Assembly: GCF_964355755.1 (NCBI RefSeq)
Contig: NC_092674.1
Span: 17,732,001 to 17,796,000 of the forward strand
Length of the DNA: 64,000 nt
Direction: 5' to 3'
Source: Antedon mediterranea
Taxonomy: Eukaryota; Animalia; Echinodermata
A model generated the notes under the pieces. The model saw nothing but the letters and a program-made list of their open reading frames with translations, was not told the DNA's origin and did not search any database. Both the position numbers and the translations under genes were made by a program. Positions 24,841 through 37,156 of this stretch are shown piece by piece (positions within the stretch are counted from its first letter, which is position 1; each line of letters opens with the position of its first letter).

Positions 24841-26900
24841 CTAGATCACTTTGACGAGTTCGGGTTATCCGCGGAAATGCAACATGCACATATGTGAACA
24901 TCGAAAATTATTATGCCATCCTATGACATGAATGAAATATGTTTACAGTGCTGAATTTTATCTATTTCTTGTCATGCAGCATATTAGTTATTACAGTATT
25001 TACAGAATGCACTGTATATGTTATACAGTGTAGATTAAATTAGACACATCTTTAAATCCAATTATTAACACGATGTCGTCATCAAATTGACATACAAAGA
25101 TAAACTTATTTTCAGAAGATAATTATCTAAATAATTACACTGATGAAAATTTGATTATTTTTAAGCACGTAAAAGTGAGATGCGCTTTCTTTTAATCACG
25201 ATGAGCTTTTATGAAAGAATTAATAATTAATTTAACTGACCATATGATGACGTCATGACATCAGATAGACAAAATTTGTATATGAATTCATATCTATTCA
25301 ACAACTTCTATAATAAGTTTTTTTAATCACATTCCGGGTCACTTTTCATTCCGATGATATCTAACTGATTAAAATATACTCTATAGATAAAAGTAACTCG
25401 CGTTCTTCTATTTTTTTTATTAAATTTAAAATTAATTAATATTAAAAATGTAAAAAATTTTAACTCATGTGAAGAAAAATTGATTTAGCAAGAACATAAT
25501 AAACTAGAATTTAATTCGTAACTTTGACGAATTATAGGTGATCATTTTTATCATTTGACTGAAATTAATTTTTTCACGCTGCTGCTCTAGCCCGCTACGT
25601 CCCATTAGGACTACTCAATCAGAAGCTAAAGCAAGCAGCAGTTATAGTTCTAAGGACAGACAGTTTTGTGAAAATGGAAACTCCACTATGATTTATTGAT
25701 TCCAGCTGCTACAGTAGACCCAAAAAACGGCTGGGAAAGAGTCTATTAGGACATGTCATGCTAAAATTACAAATCCGTATATTCACTGTCAGTGTCAGAT
25801 ATTCATTGAATTATTATCGAAACAGTCCATTAAAGTTTGTGTTTGTAATAGGATACTTCACAATTGAAATATCTAGGGTGATGAAGTGACCCCCAGATTT
25901 GACCTTAGCAATAAAATTAACTAAAGTGACAGAAATTGAGTATTCACTTCTGTAACAAAAAAGTAATATTTATTCACATATAAAAAATGAAAAGAAACCC
26001 AAAAACCATTGTCTGACAGACAATTTAAGTATTTGTTGCTTTAAATTACATTTTTTCAGGTAAAATAACTATCTATTACTGTATGTGACAATAAAATGAC
26101 ACATTCAAAAACATTTGAAATAAAAAATATTTTTCAATAAGCGAGCAGCGTTTTTTGTAAGAAATATTTCTTGTTTAAACATGCACGTACTTTGCTGCTT
26201 GCTGCAATTAGTTAGATACTCCCCCACACCGACCTTCCAAGTCTACTGCTACTTGCGATGGTTTACTGAGTGCCCAGCTACTGCTATCGCTATGTTCTCT
26301 ATCATGAGAACACAAATATTGTTTGCTTTAGTGATGTAAGCATAAGATGTTATGCAATAGACGGTGTGTCTACAGTACAGCAACTGACTTAATTTTATCT
26401 CGAAAAGAAAGGATCATAGGTGAAATTACGGGACACACATCATATTAATTTTTTGGTATGATGGAATTATCAAAATAAACTTGAAGATGACAATTTCGAA
26501 AGATAATAAATTGAGCAAATAAATATAAGAAAATTTGACACGTAGAAGCGCAATGCGCACTCTTTGAAATCTGTATAACTTTGACTAAAGAAATTTAAAA
26601 ACTACTTTTTAACTTCAACTGGCCCTATAACATCACAACATCCGATAGGCTTAATTTTTATATGAATTCATATCTACATTTCATCAGCTTTCATAATAAA
26701 TTATAATTTTCAAGGTCACCTTTAATTCTGAAGAGCTGTAAGATATTCAAATGTATGGTGTAGGTGAAATTACACGACATATGTTATTCAAGTCTTTACG
26801 CGTGATGACGTCATCAAAATGAAAATGCTGACAACTTATGAGAAAGATAAATAATCAAGCAAGCACATACTGAAATTTGTGAAAAATTCGAGCACAAATA
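24841..26900 (-). mobile_element. Degenerate HINE-family copies (two CTAG/stem-loop ends at 24841 and 25505)
   Basis: ctagatcactttgacgagttcgggttatccgc and ctagaatttaattcgtaactttgacgaatt; body similar to 60071-61650. Confidence 0.65.
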
Positions 26901-27607
26901 ACAAATATATTGAGTTATATAGGTTCTATATATCCACCAAAAAAAATTCCAGCTCATCTGGGGAAAGCCACCATTTTGGATTTTTAAAATGGCTGCCATA
27001 AAATACATATTTTTGCTCTTATATCAGCTTCTACATCATGTATGGATATGATTTTAGTGGCAAAGTATATGTTTTGAGTGTCAAGAAATATGTTTTGAGT
27101 GTCAAGAAATAAAAAAACAGAATTTTCGTAATTCACTCAATGGCCGCCATTTTGGTTTTCAAAATGGCCATCATAAAAATACAGATTTTTGCTCTTATCT
27201 TCATTTGTAAACATTTACAATTGGAATAGTATTATAGTATTATAGTTATACGCACGATCGCCGACCGCCATATACCCCCAGGCCAGCGCGAGCGAGCCCT
27301 TCTTGGCAACCACATCCATGGTGTACAGTATTCAACTAGTATATTCTCCAGTTGATTATAGCATAGATCTAGCGTACACACTTCTAGGATACATAGATAC
27401 TAATCGAATACGATTGTCCATGAAAACGTGCGCCCTTTCGATAAAAGTATCGAGCGAGGCTAGCCCACACACACGTGCGGTCATGCACTCGATGTTGCCG
27501 GTGCGAAACGGGTGTCACGAAACCTAAGACCACGAAAGCTAAGACCCCCTAAGACCTAAGATCACGAAAGCTAAGACCCAAGACCTAAGATTACAAATTC
27601 TAAGATA

Positions 27608-28956
27608 CCGTATATTTCGGTGTATAAGTCGCACTTTTGACACGCAAATTTGACCTCTAAATTAAGGGTGCGTCTTATACACCGAACATAAATGCCTCAC
27701 CACACAGATTGTACATAGGCCTAGGCTATCGTCACCTCGTTTGCTAGGCCTGAGTAGGCTAGGCCTAGCTACAGTAACTAACTAACGTAACGGCAACCTG
27801 CTTCTGCCTAGTTTTCAAGTAATTTTAGCATGATGTTATACTAAATATGATGAAAAGATTTGTTCATTATGGCGCTCCGATAAAATTTCATTTGTAAACG
27901 TTTATGTACGATTGGAATAGTATTTATTTATACAGTAGTTATACGCACGATCGCCGTACCCCAAGCGCAAGCCCTTCTTTTGGTGGCCACATGGTGTACG
28001 GTATTCGACTAGTATATTCTCCAGGTGATTATAGCATGGACCTTGATCGAGCGAGGCTAGCCCACACACGTGCGTGTTACACACACGGTCATGCACTCGA
28101 TGTTGCGGCGAAACTCATGAATAACAAGTTAGAAAGAACTTATTGAGGCTGGGCGCGGCCGAGCCTAGGTAAGAAAAAACCTAAATAAAGGACGCCGTTG
28201 TAGATACAACAAAATATATTATTACAATAATATTGATTAAAATTTAAACAAGAAATATTTCTTACAAAAAACGCTGCTCGCTTTATTTCAAATGTTTTTG
28301 AATGTGTCATTTTATTGTCACATGATAGTTGTTTTACCTGAAAAAATGTAATTTAAAGCAACAAATACTTAAATTGTCTGTCAGACAATGGTTTTTGGGT
28401 TTCTTTTCTTTTTTTATATGTGAATAAATATTATTATTTTGTTACAGAAGTGAATACTCAATTTCTGTCACTTTAGTTAATTTTATTGCTAAGGTCAAAT
28501 CTGGGGGTCACTTCATCACCCTAGATATTTCAATTGTGAAGTATCCTATTACAAACACAAACTTTAATGGACTGTTTCGATAATAATTCACTGAATATCT
28601 GACAGTGAATATACCAGAAATGCTTAGGGATTTGTAATTTTAGCCTGACATGTCCTAATAGACTCTTTCCCAGACGTTTTTTGGGTCTACTGTAGCAGCT
28701 GGAATCAATAAATCATAGTGAAGTTTCCATTTTCACAAAACTGTCTGTCCTTAGAACTATAACTGCTGCTTGCTTTAGCTTCTGATTGAGTAGTCCTAAT
28801 GGGACGTAGCGGGCTAGAGCAGCAGCGTGAAAAATGATGTTTTGGTGAAATATAAGGTGCGTCTTATACATCGACGATATAAAAAATACCGATATTTTAC
28901 TCTCAGTTGGGGGTGCGTCTTATACACAGGTGCGACTTATACACCGAAATATACGG
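27608..28956 (+). mobile_element. Tc2-like MITE family 1 with 0.6-kb internal insertion
   Basis: Perfect CCGTATATTTCGGTGTATAAGTCGCAC TIRs and TA TSD. Confidence 0.92.
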
Positions 28957-29394
28957 TATACTACAGCTTAAAAACAATACTTGTTTATCCATACAGTACA
29001 TAATTTTAAACACAGTAGGTTTCATTTATTACCATAAATATAATTAAATACTACCGCAAAACATAGATTAACTCACATTATTTTCGCCCTTTGAGTAAAT
29101 GTCTATTTTTTTCTTTACAACAAACAAACTTGATGGGTTGTTTGTTGGTATATATTTACTCCATTGTGTTGGTTCAGAGGATGTTTTTCTTACGCACCTG
29201 CCTTTCTTGTATTTTGACTCCAAATTTGTTGACTAACTTTATCCTGAATACCACACTTTAAAATTAGGATTTATAGGTACTTTCAGAAGGAGAAACACAT
29301 AAAAACAAATAAATAAATCCTTTAAATTGATGATTTTACAGACTTGTTTCTTTGTATACTGTAACTCCTCCAGCTCTCTCTCCATATGAACCTC

Positions 29395-30460
29395 GACAAT
29401 TATTATGCCATCCTATGACATGTTATATACAGTGTAGCATAGACAAAATTACCAGACCCATCTTTTAAATCCAATTATTAACACGATGACGTCATCAAAT
29501 TGACATATAAAGATAACAATTTTAGAAGATAATTATCTAAATAATTACATTAAAACAAATTTGAAGAATTTTGGCCACGTAAAAGTGAGATGCGCTCTAT
29601 TTAATGTGATGAGCAATAACGAAAGAGTAAAAAATCCTATATTTTACATTCGTGTGGCCATACGATGACGTCATAACATCCGAGGGGTAAATATTCTGCA
29701 TGAATTTATATCTACAACAAATCTTCTTACATATCAAATTAAAAAAATTGGGGGTCATGGATGATCCTGAGGAGCTATAATAGATTAAAAATAGGCATAA
29801 TTTTTACAATATTTTGTCACTTTTGCAACTAAAACGCGCGCAAATTGTCTAAATCAACGTGTTCGTATGACGTCATTTTTATTTGAAATGATGTCAATTT
29901 TTTTTAAAATGACTAGGAAAGACTGTAAAATTATAATTCAAGAGAAGAACACATGATTTTTATGCTCCGTGCGCACCTTACGCGTAATTTTTTTCGCGCG
30001 CGTGGGAATTTTTGACATGCTCAAAATGTCATGATCAGCGTTGAAAGTTGATTAGAAATTAATTTTGCGCAATTTGAAATATTAAATGCGCGTGCGCGCG
30101 TAACTTTTTGTGAAACATGCCATTTTTAATCCATAGAAAGTTTGCCCTTGATATGACTTAAATGTTCACTAAGGTTCATGAAAAAAAATTTGTTGGTTCT
30201 ATAGTTATGATCAGTTATAGAAATTCATAAAATTGCGCGTAACTTACGCAACGCGGCTATGACATCGTCCAAAAGCTTGGCTGCACATCTACACTTCAAT
30301 GTCAATCTTTTTACCAAGTTATACAAAGTTAAGTTCACAAGTAATAGAGATATGCTGGTCACAAAAATCCGGGAAAGAAAGAAGAATAACAAAGAAGATG
30401 AAAATGATATTTACAATCACAAGGGTTATCCGCAACTTTACAAGTTGCGGATAACCAACA
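29395..30460 (-). mobile_element. HINE-family copy with an intact subTIR hairpin end
   Basis: gggttatccgcaactttacaagttgcggataacc at 30423-30457; body matches 60150-61620. Confidence 0.75.
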
Positions 30461-31439
30461 AATCATGATTTTTAAATTAAAATTTATTTGCCAGTATTTA
30501 TTTCTTCGTACTTACATGATTATACTATTATCATTACAATTTTAATTTTACATTGTTCCATCCACACTGTAGATGGACTCCACAGAGTTTTCAGCCCTCT
30601 ATATAATTTTTGCTCTTTTGACGTTCCATAGAAACAAAAACATTGAACATGTGTGTGCCTACTGCTAGTACTGTACTGTAGGCTAGTCATGCGAAATTCG
30701 CAAACAGTTTGTGTGCGAGAAAAACGTCTGTAAAATCATCAATTTAAAAATGTATTTGTTACTTTTTATGTGATTCTTTTTCATAAGAGTGCCAATTCTA
30801 AGGTGTGGTATTCAGAATAAATGTTGGGAGTTAAAATACAAGGCAGGTGCGAAAAATAAATATTTGTAATCTTAGGTCTTGGGTCTTAGCTTTCGTGATC
30901 TTAGGTCTTAGGGGGTCTTAGCTTTCGTGGTCTTGGTTTCGTTACACCCGGTGCGAAACTCATGAAAAACAAGTTAGAAAGAACTGACGGAATGGGGGAC
31001 TTCCCTTCTTGTTGAGGCTGGGCGCGGCTGAGCCTAGGTAAGAAAAAACATTGTTTTGATGAAATATAAAGTGCGTCTTATACAAGTCATCGACGATATA
31101 CAAAATACCGATATTTTACCCTCAGTTAGGGGGTGCGTCTTATACACAGGTGCGACTTATAGTACACCTATATAGATCTATCGCTATCACAATCGTCATT
31201 ATTGCTATGTCGACGTCATGAGTTAATCATGATTGATTGAATTTATTTGATGCTCAACATTAAAATAACAAACAGACAAAAGACAAAAAAACGAGCATCA
31301 GGAACACCCATTAGGCCGGAAAAACCAGCCCATTTCCAATGGGGTCCAAATAGCACATAGCAATCAAGAGAAAATACAACATTTATAAAAAATATATATA
31401 TATATATACATTAAAATTAAGACCGAGTTCCATACTGAT

Positions 31440-32040
31440 TACGAAGAAGATACCAGAGAGTGTACTACTATCAAACAAGATATTCTAAAGAAGTTACATA
31501 GACATGTAAAGATATTTTCCAAATATAAAGAGAAGCAGGGCCAACTTGCAGTTTAAAGTACAACTTATGGATGAAACAAGTAACAGATCTTATGAATACA
31601 TGGTAATACACTGGGAGATCAACACTAGTCACCCTAAATGGTCTGCATTTATGCACAAATGTAAATCTAGCTGATTATCTGCCAGTCATAATAACCTTCG
31701 CTCAACCAATGTGACGTACAGTAAAGTAATGCAAAAAGAGTAATAAAGAGAAAGAAAACTACCATTTTTCGTCAGACTGATCGTAAGGTTCTTAAGAGCT
31801 TTCTGGGCAAGTCAAAAAGAAGAAGAAGTGGCTGTATCATTAGATAACTTTTTAGGCACGATTGTACAATTGGGAGCTCCAGGTTCAGATATAGCATCTA
31901 CAGTATGCTTTCATATTTGCAGCAGCTGGTCATGGCCAAAATGCCAAAAGTGGAAGGCTATATCTGGAAATGCTGAAAGACAAATTTCAAGATACACAAG
32001 GTTTTCTCTATTGTGCTCAAGTGATTCTTCACCATTAGGC
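31440..32040 (+). pseudogene. Academ-like transposase relic
   Basis: Degenerate motifs PKWSAFM, KSFLG, NWEL and FAAAGHGQNAKSGRLYLEM. Superfamily assigned from motif recall only. Confidence 0.55.
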
Positions 32041-32106
32041 CTAAAAAAAAAATTGTTTGTTTGCTGTCAAGTTTTTTTTTTTTGGTAGGAGGGAGGGTGG
32101 AAAAAA

Positions 32107-32139
<33 letters not shown>

Positions 32140-32348
32140 GGTAATTTCTCTGTTAATTGTATGCGAATTTGAGAGTAACAAAACACACTGAATAAAACAA
32201 CGAGCTCAAACATCTATTCATAATTGGTTTCACACTTTAATTCTGTTTTGGGCGCGTTAGGCCCCGTGTCTAAACTAGCCTAGGCTAGGCCTACTACACA
32301 GTAGGTCGTTGTTAGCAGGCCTAATTAAATATTTTAGAAGTTAGTGTA

Positions 32349-33117
32349 CCATATATTTCGGTGTATAAGTCGCACCTGTGTATAAGACGCACCCCCTAAC
32401 TGAGAGTAAAATATCGGTATTTTGTATATCGTCGATGTATAAGACGGCCGCGCCCAGCCTCAACAAGAAGGGATCAAGTCCCCCATTCCGTCAGTTCTTT
32501 CTAACATGTTATTCATGAGTTTCGCACCCGCAACATCGAGTGCATGACCGCACGCACGTGTGTGTGGGCTAGCCTCGCTCGATCCTTTTATCGAGAGGCG
32601 CACGTTTTCACGGACAATCGTATACGATTAGTATCTATGTATCCTAGAAGTGTGTACGCTAGATCTATGCTATAATCAACTGGAGAATATACTACTAGTC
32701 GAATACTGTACACCATGTGGTTGCCAAGAAGGGCTCGCTCGCGCTGGGGGTACGACGGTCGTGCGTATAACTATACTATTCCAATCGTAAACGTTTACAA
32801 ATGAAATTTTATCGGAGCGCCTAAAACAGCTCCATAATGAACAAATCTTTTCATCACATTTAGTACAAAATCATGCTAAAATGCCTTGAAAACTAGCAGG
32901 TTGCTGTTACGATAGTACACTGTACTGTAGCTAGGCTAGGCCTACTCTTTAGTAATACTAATCCTAGGCCTAGGCCTTACCTTAAAAAGCCCAGGCCTAG
33001 CCAACGAGGTGGCGATATCTGTGTGTTGAGGCATTTATGTTCGGTGTATAAGACGCACCCTTAATTTAGAGGTTAAATTTGCGTGTCAAAAGTGCGATTA
33101 TACACCGAAATATACGC
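32349..33117 (-). mobile_element. Tc2-like MITE family 1, inverted copy
   Basis: Slightly mutated TIRs (CCATATATTTCGG / CCGAAATATACGC) with TA flanks. Confidence 0.88.
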
Positions 33118-33461
33118 TACGTTATTATTTTTATTGTTTCATCCTCGCACACTCGATTTTTACACCTTTTCGTCCAAAAAAAATAATAAAAAAACTTTTT
33201 TTTAAAAATCGCCCTCAACGTAAAAAAAAAAACTTTTTCTTATCTCCGCCCCAAATTTTTGGCGAAATTAGGGGCGGCGGATGACCGCAAACAAACTACT
33301 TTTTTTTTTTAGGCCTTATAACACGTTGCATGATATCCATTCTTTTGGAACATCTTGTATTGTATGCATATGGAAATTTGTCTTTTAGGCATATTGGCCA
33401 TCATAGTCAATTGTTCTATACTGTGTCTATATCTGGAGATAAAATGGTACATCATCATCTC

Positions 33462-35527
33462 AGGGTAGTAACAAAGTGCGAGGCAGCGAGGCACGCGAGG
33501 CAGGGAAGGCATGCGAGGCATGCGAGGCAAGTCAGAAATTTATGCGAGGCATCGTTTTACCATCATCAAAAAATGCGAGGCATCATTTTATCATTTCTCA
33601 AAATTGCAAGGCAGGAAATCACCGAAATTGAAGTAGCCTGCCTAGGCCTAGGCCCGCTAGGCTAGTTTCCTTTTGCACAAGCCTTGTATTTTAACCAACT
33701 TTATCCTGAATACCACAGCTTAGAATTAGTAGGCCTACTTTAATGAAGAAAAATCACATAAAAGTAACAATAAATCCATTAAATTGGTGGTTTTACAGAC
33801 GTTGTTTTTCTCGCATTTCGCACACTCAATGTTCAATATTTCGGTTTCTATGGAACGCCAAAAGAGCAAAATTAATTAGAGGGCTAAAAACTCTGTGGAA
33901 TCCATTTACCGGTATATTTAACGCATTATTTGGTGAAAATCAAGTACAATTTCAATAGATTTTGTCACTGTCAGTAAGGAAAAATGTTACTGTTGATAAT
34001 GTACACGGTTTCGTTAACCTTTTAAAGAATAAAATAGAAAAATTCATCATAATATCCTTAGTAGGATGTCCTAGGTCTAGACTAGGTAGTGATGTTGATT
34101 TAGGATCGACTATTATTCTTTGAAAACAGAACAGTATCAGCAGTAACATATTACAGTATTTTTATTGACAAATTAACAAATATATTGAAATAAAACGTGT
34201 TTTTCACCAATAAATGCATGAGAAATTGACGCATTCCACTGAGTTTTAGTCCTCTATTATCGTTGCTCTTTTGGCGCTCCATAGAAACAAAAATATTGAA
34301 CATTGAATAAGTGAAATTCGCGAACAGTGTGCGAGACACACGCCTGTAAAATCATTAATTTAAGGATTTATTTGTTACTTTTTATGTGATTCTTTCATTA
34401 AAGTATACTCATGAGGTATACTTCTAAGGTGTGGTATTCACACGATAAAGTTAGTTATCAAATTTGGAGTAAAAATACAAGCGAAGGAAACTAGCGCCAG
34501 GTTTATTAGTACGTACATGGACAACAATAAATAAAAATCGTTCGTAATATACCTAGCTTACTAAAACAGGAATAGTGTATCATTATTAAATATTACACCA
34601 ATTATTATTATATCAAAATTGATTAAATTATTTTCTACATAGGCCTCTTATCTAGGTTAGGGCTAAGCATATTAGCTAAAGTTTAATTTTAGGCCTAGTA
34701 TTACAATTGTCGGACGTAAGTCTTTTTTCACACGCGCTCCAGAATTCTGTCGCAATTTTTTTCTTTGCGGCATGTTATTGGATCGCCATATCAGTTACCT
34801 TTTATTCACCGCCAGTTATTGAACTTGTCCTGGCAATCGCTGTTCACCTTATTTGCGAGAGAGGTACACGTGTTGTTCCTAGAGAATGGAATGTCAAAAA
34901 TGTCTTTGGCACGCCGCTCAGAGAGAAGTACAAGTCTGTGCGTTGCTGCTGAAACCACGTGCTATAGGAGGGGAATGCACCACAATCCTCTGAGCTGAGG
35001 GCTGAATCATTCCGCTACCTTCTAAATAGTAAAGAGGGATTTTCCATCTCTCGGGTCTACCGGATCTAGGCGCAGGGGTGTGACAAAATATTATTTTCAC
35101 TCTGCTATGTTCGAGAGACATGTGAGTGAACACGCTCGAAATGCCAACAAACATTGCAGTCATTTGATGAGTGTGTCGCTATAACAATTATTGTTTATCG
35201 AAAGTTGAAGACTGTCGTTCAGATTTTTTAACCGTAGTTTGAGCACTTTTGTAAAAGTAAAATTTGACACGATATGACTTGAATGAAAAAACAATCGTTA
35301 CATAAAAATAAACAACATGATGAGTGTATACACGAATCTATTAGATACGCTTGTATCGATTGATTATTAGGCCTATAATATAGCATAATAGCACGTTAAG
35401 ATATGCCTCGCACCTTTTTGAAATTGTAAACTATATGCCTCGCATGCCTCGCACTTTTGGATATGATAAAATGATGCCTCGCACAAATATTTGGCATGCC
35501 TCGCTTGCCTCGCACTTTGTCAACACT
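33462..35527. mobile_element. Non-autonomous DNA transposon with GCGAGGCA subterminal repeats
   Basis: Ends agggtagtaacaaagtgcgaggca / tgcctcgcactttgtcaacact, with CATCATCTC duplicated at 33453-61 and 35528-36. Confidence 0.8.
33661..34495. mobile_element. Long-TIR MITE nested in 33462-35527
   Basis: gctagtttcctt...aaggaaactagc ends with ~230-bp imperfect inverted arms; related arms at 29190-29345 and 30570-30855. Confidence 0.7.
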
Positions 35528-35535
35528 CATCATCT

Positions 35536-35760
35536 CATGTCATCATTATATGATACATAGCTGCATCCATTAGCTTTAGAATATACAGCTCTCTTTAAAG
35601 TAGGTTATGCACAACTTCAAAACCTCAACCCACCATTATGTCCAATATAACCCAGAAAGCTCCTGAAAAAATAAACTCCTCCGAGTCTGATTATGATGAC
35701 TGGTAGATGAGCAGCTAGATATACATTTTCAGAGTGGCTGTACAGTTGTATAAACTGTTG
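35536..35760 (-). pseudogene. Second Academ-like transposase relic (may continue at 33310-33452)
   Basis: The minus strand reads VIIIRLGGVYFFRSFLGYIGH, resembling the RLGGFH..MSFLG.IG motif. Confidence 0.5.
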
Positions 35761-36319
35761 ACATGTTAATTGGATAAAAAAGAATGATCGGCAAAATCTA
35801 TCGTCGATTTGTTGAGTTATCGCATGACTACATGCATATGCAATCCAGACCAGTTATGGTGAAGTAGTGTTAGTCCCCAGTCTCCATTCATACACATAAG
35901 ATACATATGTTGCTTTAAATTGCTTTACTTGCTTAATCCATAATGTATCTGATTGGAATGCTTAACTTAAGTTGGCCATGCTTCTCTTTAGGATTTGGAA
36001 AATATCAATAATAAAATAGCAAACATTTTAAAAATATTTTATTTTTAGGTTCTTCACGTGAATGATATAGTTACAGTACATCGTTGATATCTTCTTGTGT
36101 ACAGTACCTCCTGGGGTCATAATCATTGTGGTTCCCATATTATCACCAATACATTGACTTATTCTCGTCATCACTTTCCAACTGTATTTCAAAAGCTGAA
36201 TTTAGTTTTTATTCTGTAACATAGGCTTAGCAAAAAAGTTAATATTTATTTTTTAAATATCCATTTGAAACCAGATGAAATTTTTTGAGGATAATCATAG
36301 TAGCTCATAAATTAGCAAA

Positions 36320-36900
36320 AACCTGTAGCTTATGGTGGCCATTTTGACAATCAAAATGGGGCCATTGAGTGAACTTCAAAAAGCTGTATTTAGATTTCTT
36401 GACCCATGAAACATAAACATTGCCACATAAATCACTTCCATGCATGATGAAGAAGCTGAGGTGAGGACAAATCTGGACAGCCATTGGGTGAAATTCAAAT
36501 TAATGCTGTATTTGGATTCCTTGACCGTCAAAACCTACATTTTGCCACCAAAATCATGTCTATGCTGAGATAAGCACAAATCTGTATTTTAAGGTGGCCA
36601 TTTTGAAAAACAAGATGGCGGCCTATGAGTGAACTTCAAAATGCTGTATTTAGATTCCTTGACCCTCAAAACATACACTTTGCCACCAAAATCATTTCAA
36701 TGCATGATGTAGAAGAGGAGATATGAGCAAAAACCTGTATTTTATGGCAGCCATTTTGAAAATCCAAAATGGTGGCTTTCCCCAGGCCAGATGAGCTGGA
36801 ACTTTTTTTTGGTGGATATATAGACCCCATATGACGCAAATCAGTTGAGAAACACTTGTTTCTAATTTGTTCCCAGAGAAAGTGTAAAATGGGGATCCTA
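36320..36900. repeat. Dispersed repeat with ~120-bp internal tandem units
   Basis: Repeated gccattttg.aa.tcaaaatgg / ttccttgaccc / tttgccaccaaaatca blocks; inverted copy at about 26880-27200. Confidence 0.7.
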
Positions 36901-37056
36901 AGTCTACATATAGTCTGTATAAATCTGTTTTCCAAAACCCATCTGATCATATACTATTAAGATTTTTTTTCTCATACATTTTTAAACTATAATAATGTTG
37001 GCGGCCATCTTTAAAAAATAATAATAATAATGAATCAATCAATTTTGTTTTTTTAG

Positions 37057-37151
37057 GCTACCAAGCAAGTAATAGATAAAGAAGCTCCTGGCCTTGTTAT
37101 TTCCATGCTGGTAGCTTCTATGAAAATAACACCATTTGCAATGCTTTCAAG
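37057..37151 (+). CDS. GPHN: Gephyrin G-domain exon (ATKQVIDKEAPGLVISMLVASMKITPFAMLS-R)
   Basis: Poly-T AG acceptor and GTAAAT donor; 95 nt. Continues VTPE|AT in phase 0 and resembles vertebrate [32 protein letters not shown]. Confidence 0.95.
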
Positions 37152-37156
37152 GTAAA

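Larger units (their letters stand above)
27510..30949. mobile_element. MULE/foldback-like non-autonomous element, ~88-bp modular TIRs and 10-bp TSD
   Basis: GGGTGTCACGAAACC-(taagacc repeats)-attacaaat with its reverse complement at 30862-30949. GGTGCGAAAC is duplicated at 27500-09 and 30950-59 (8 bp if the termini are C..G). Confidence 0.88.
27200..31165 (+). mobile_element. Partial Tc2-like MITE family 1 copy split by the 27510-30949 insertion
   Basis: 27200-27509 and 30950-31165 rejoin to match 6870-7430. Confidence 0.8.

Noticed and set aside
33309-33665. ORFs with ARHARQ / PRMPR repeats
   Set aside because: These are translations of GCGAGGCA subterminal repeats of a DNA transposon.
36320-36800. 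CRISPR-like periodic repeats
   Set aside because: The whole ~120-bp units are similar with no unique spacers, the context is eukaryotic, and there are no cas genes.
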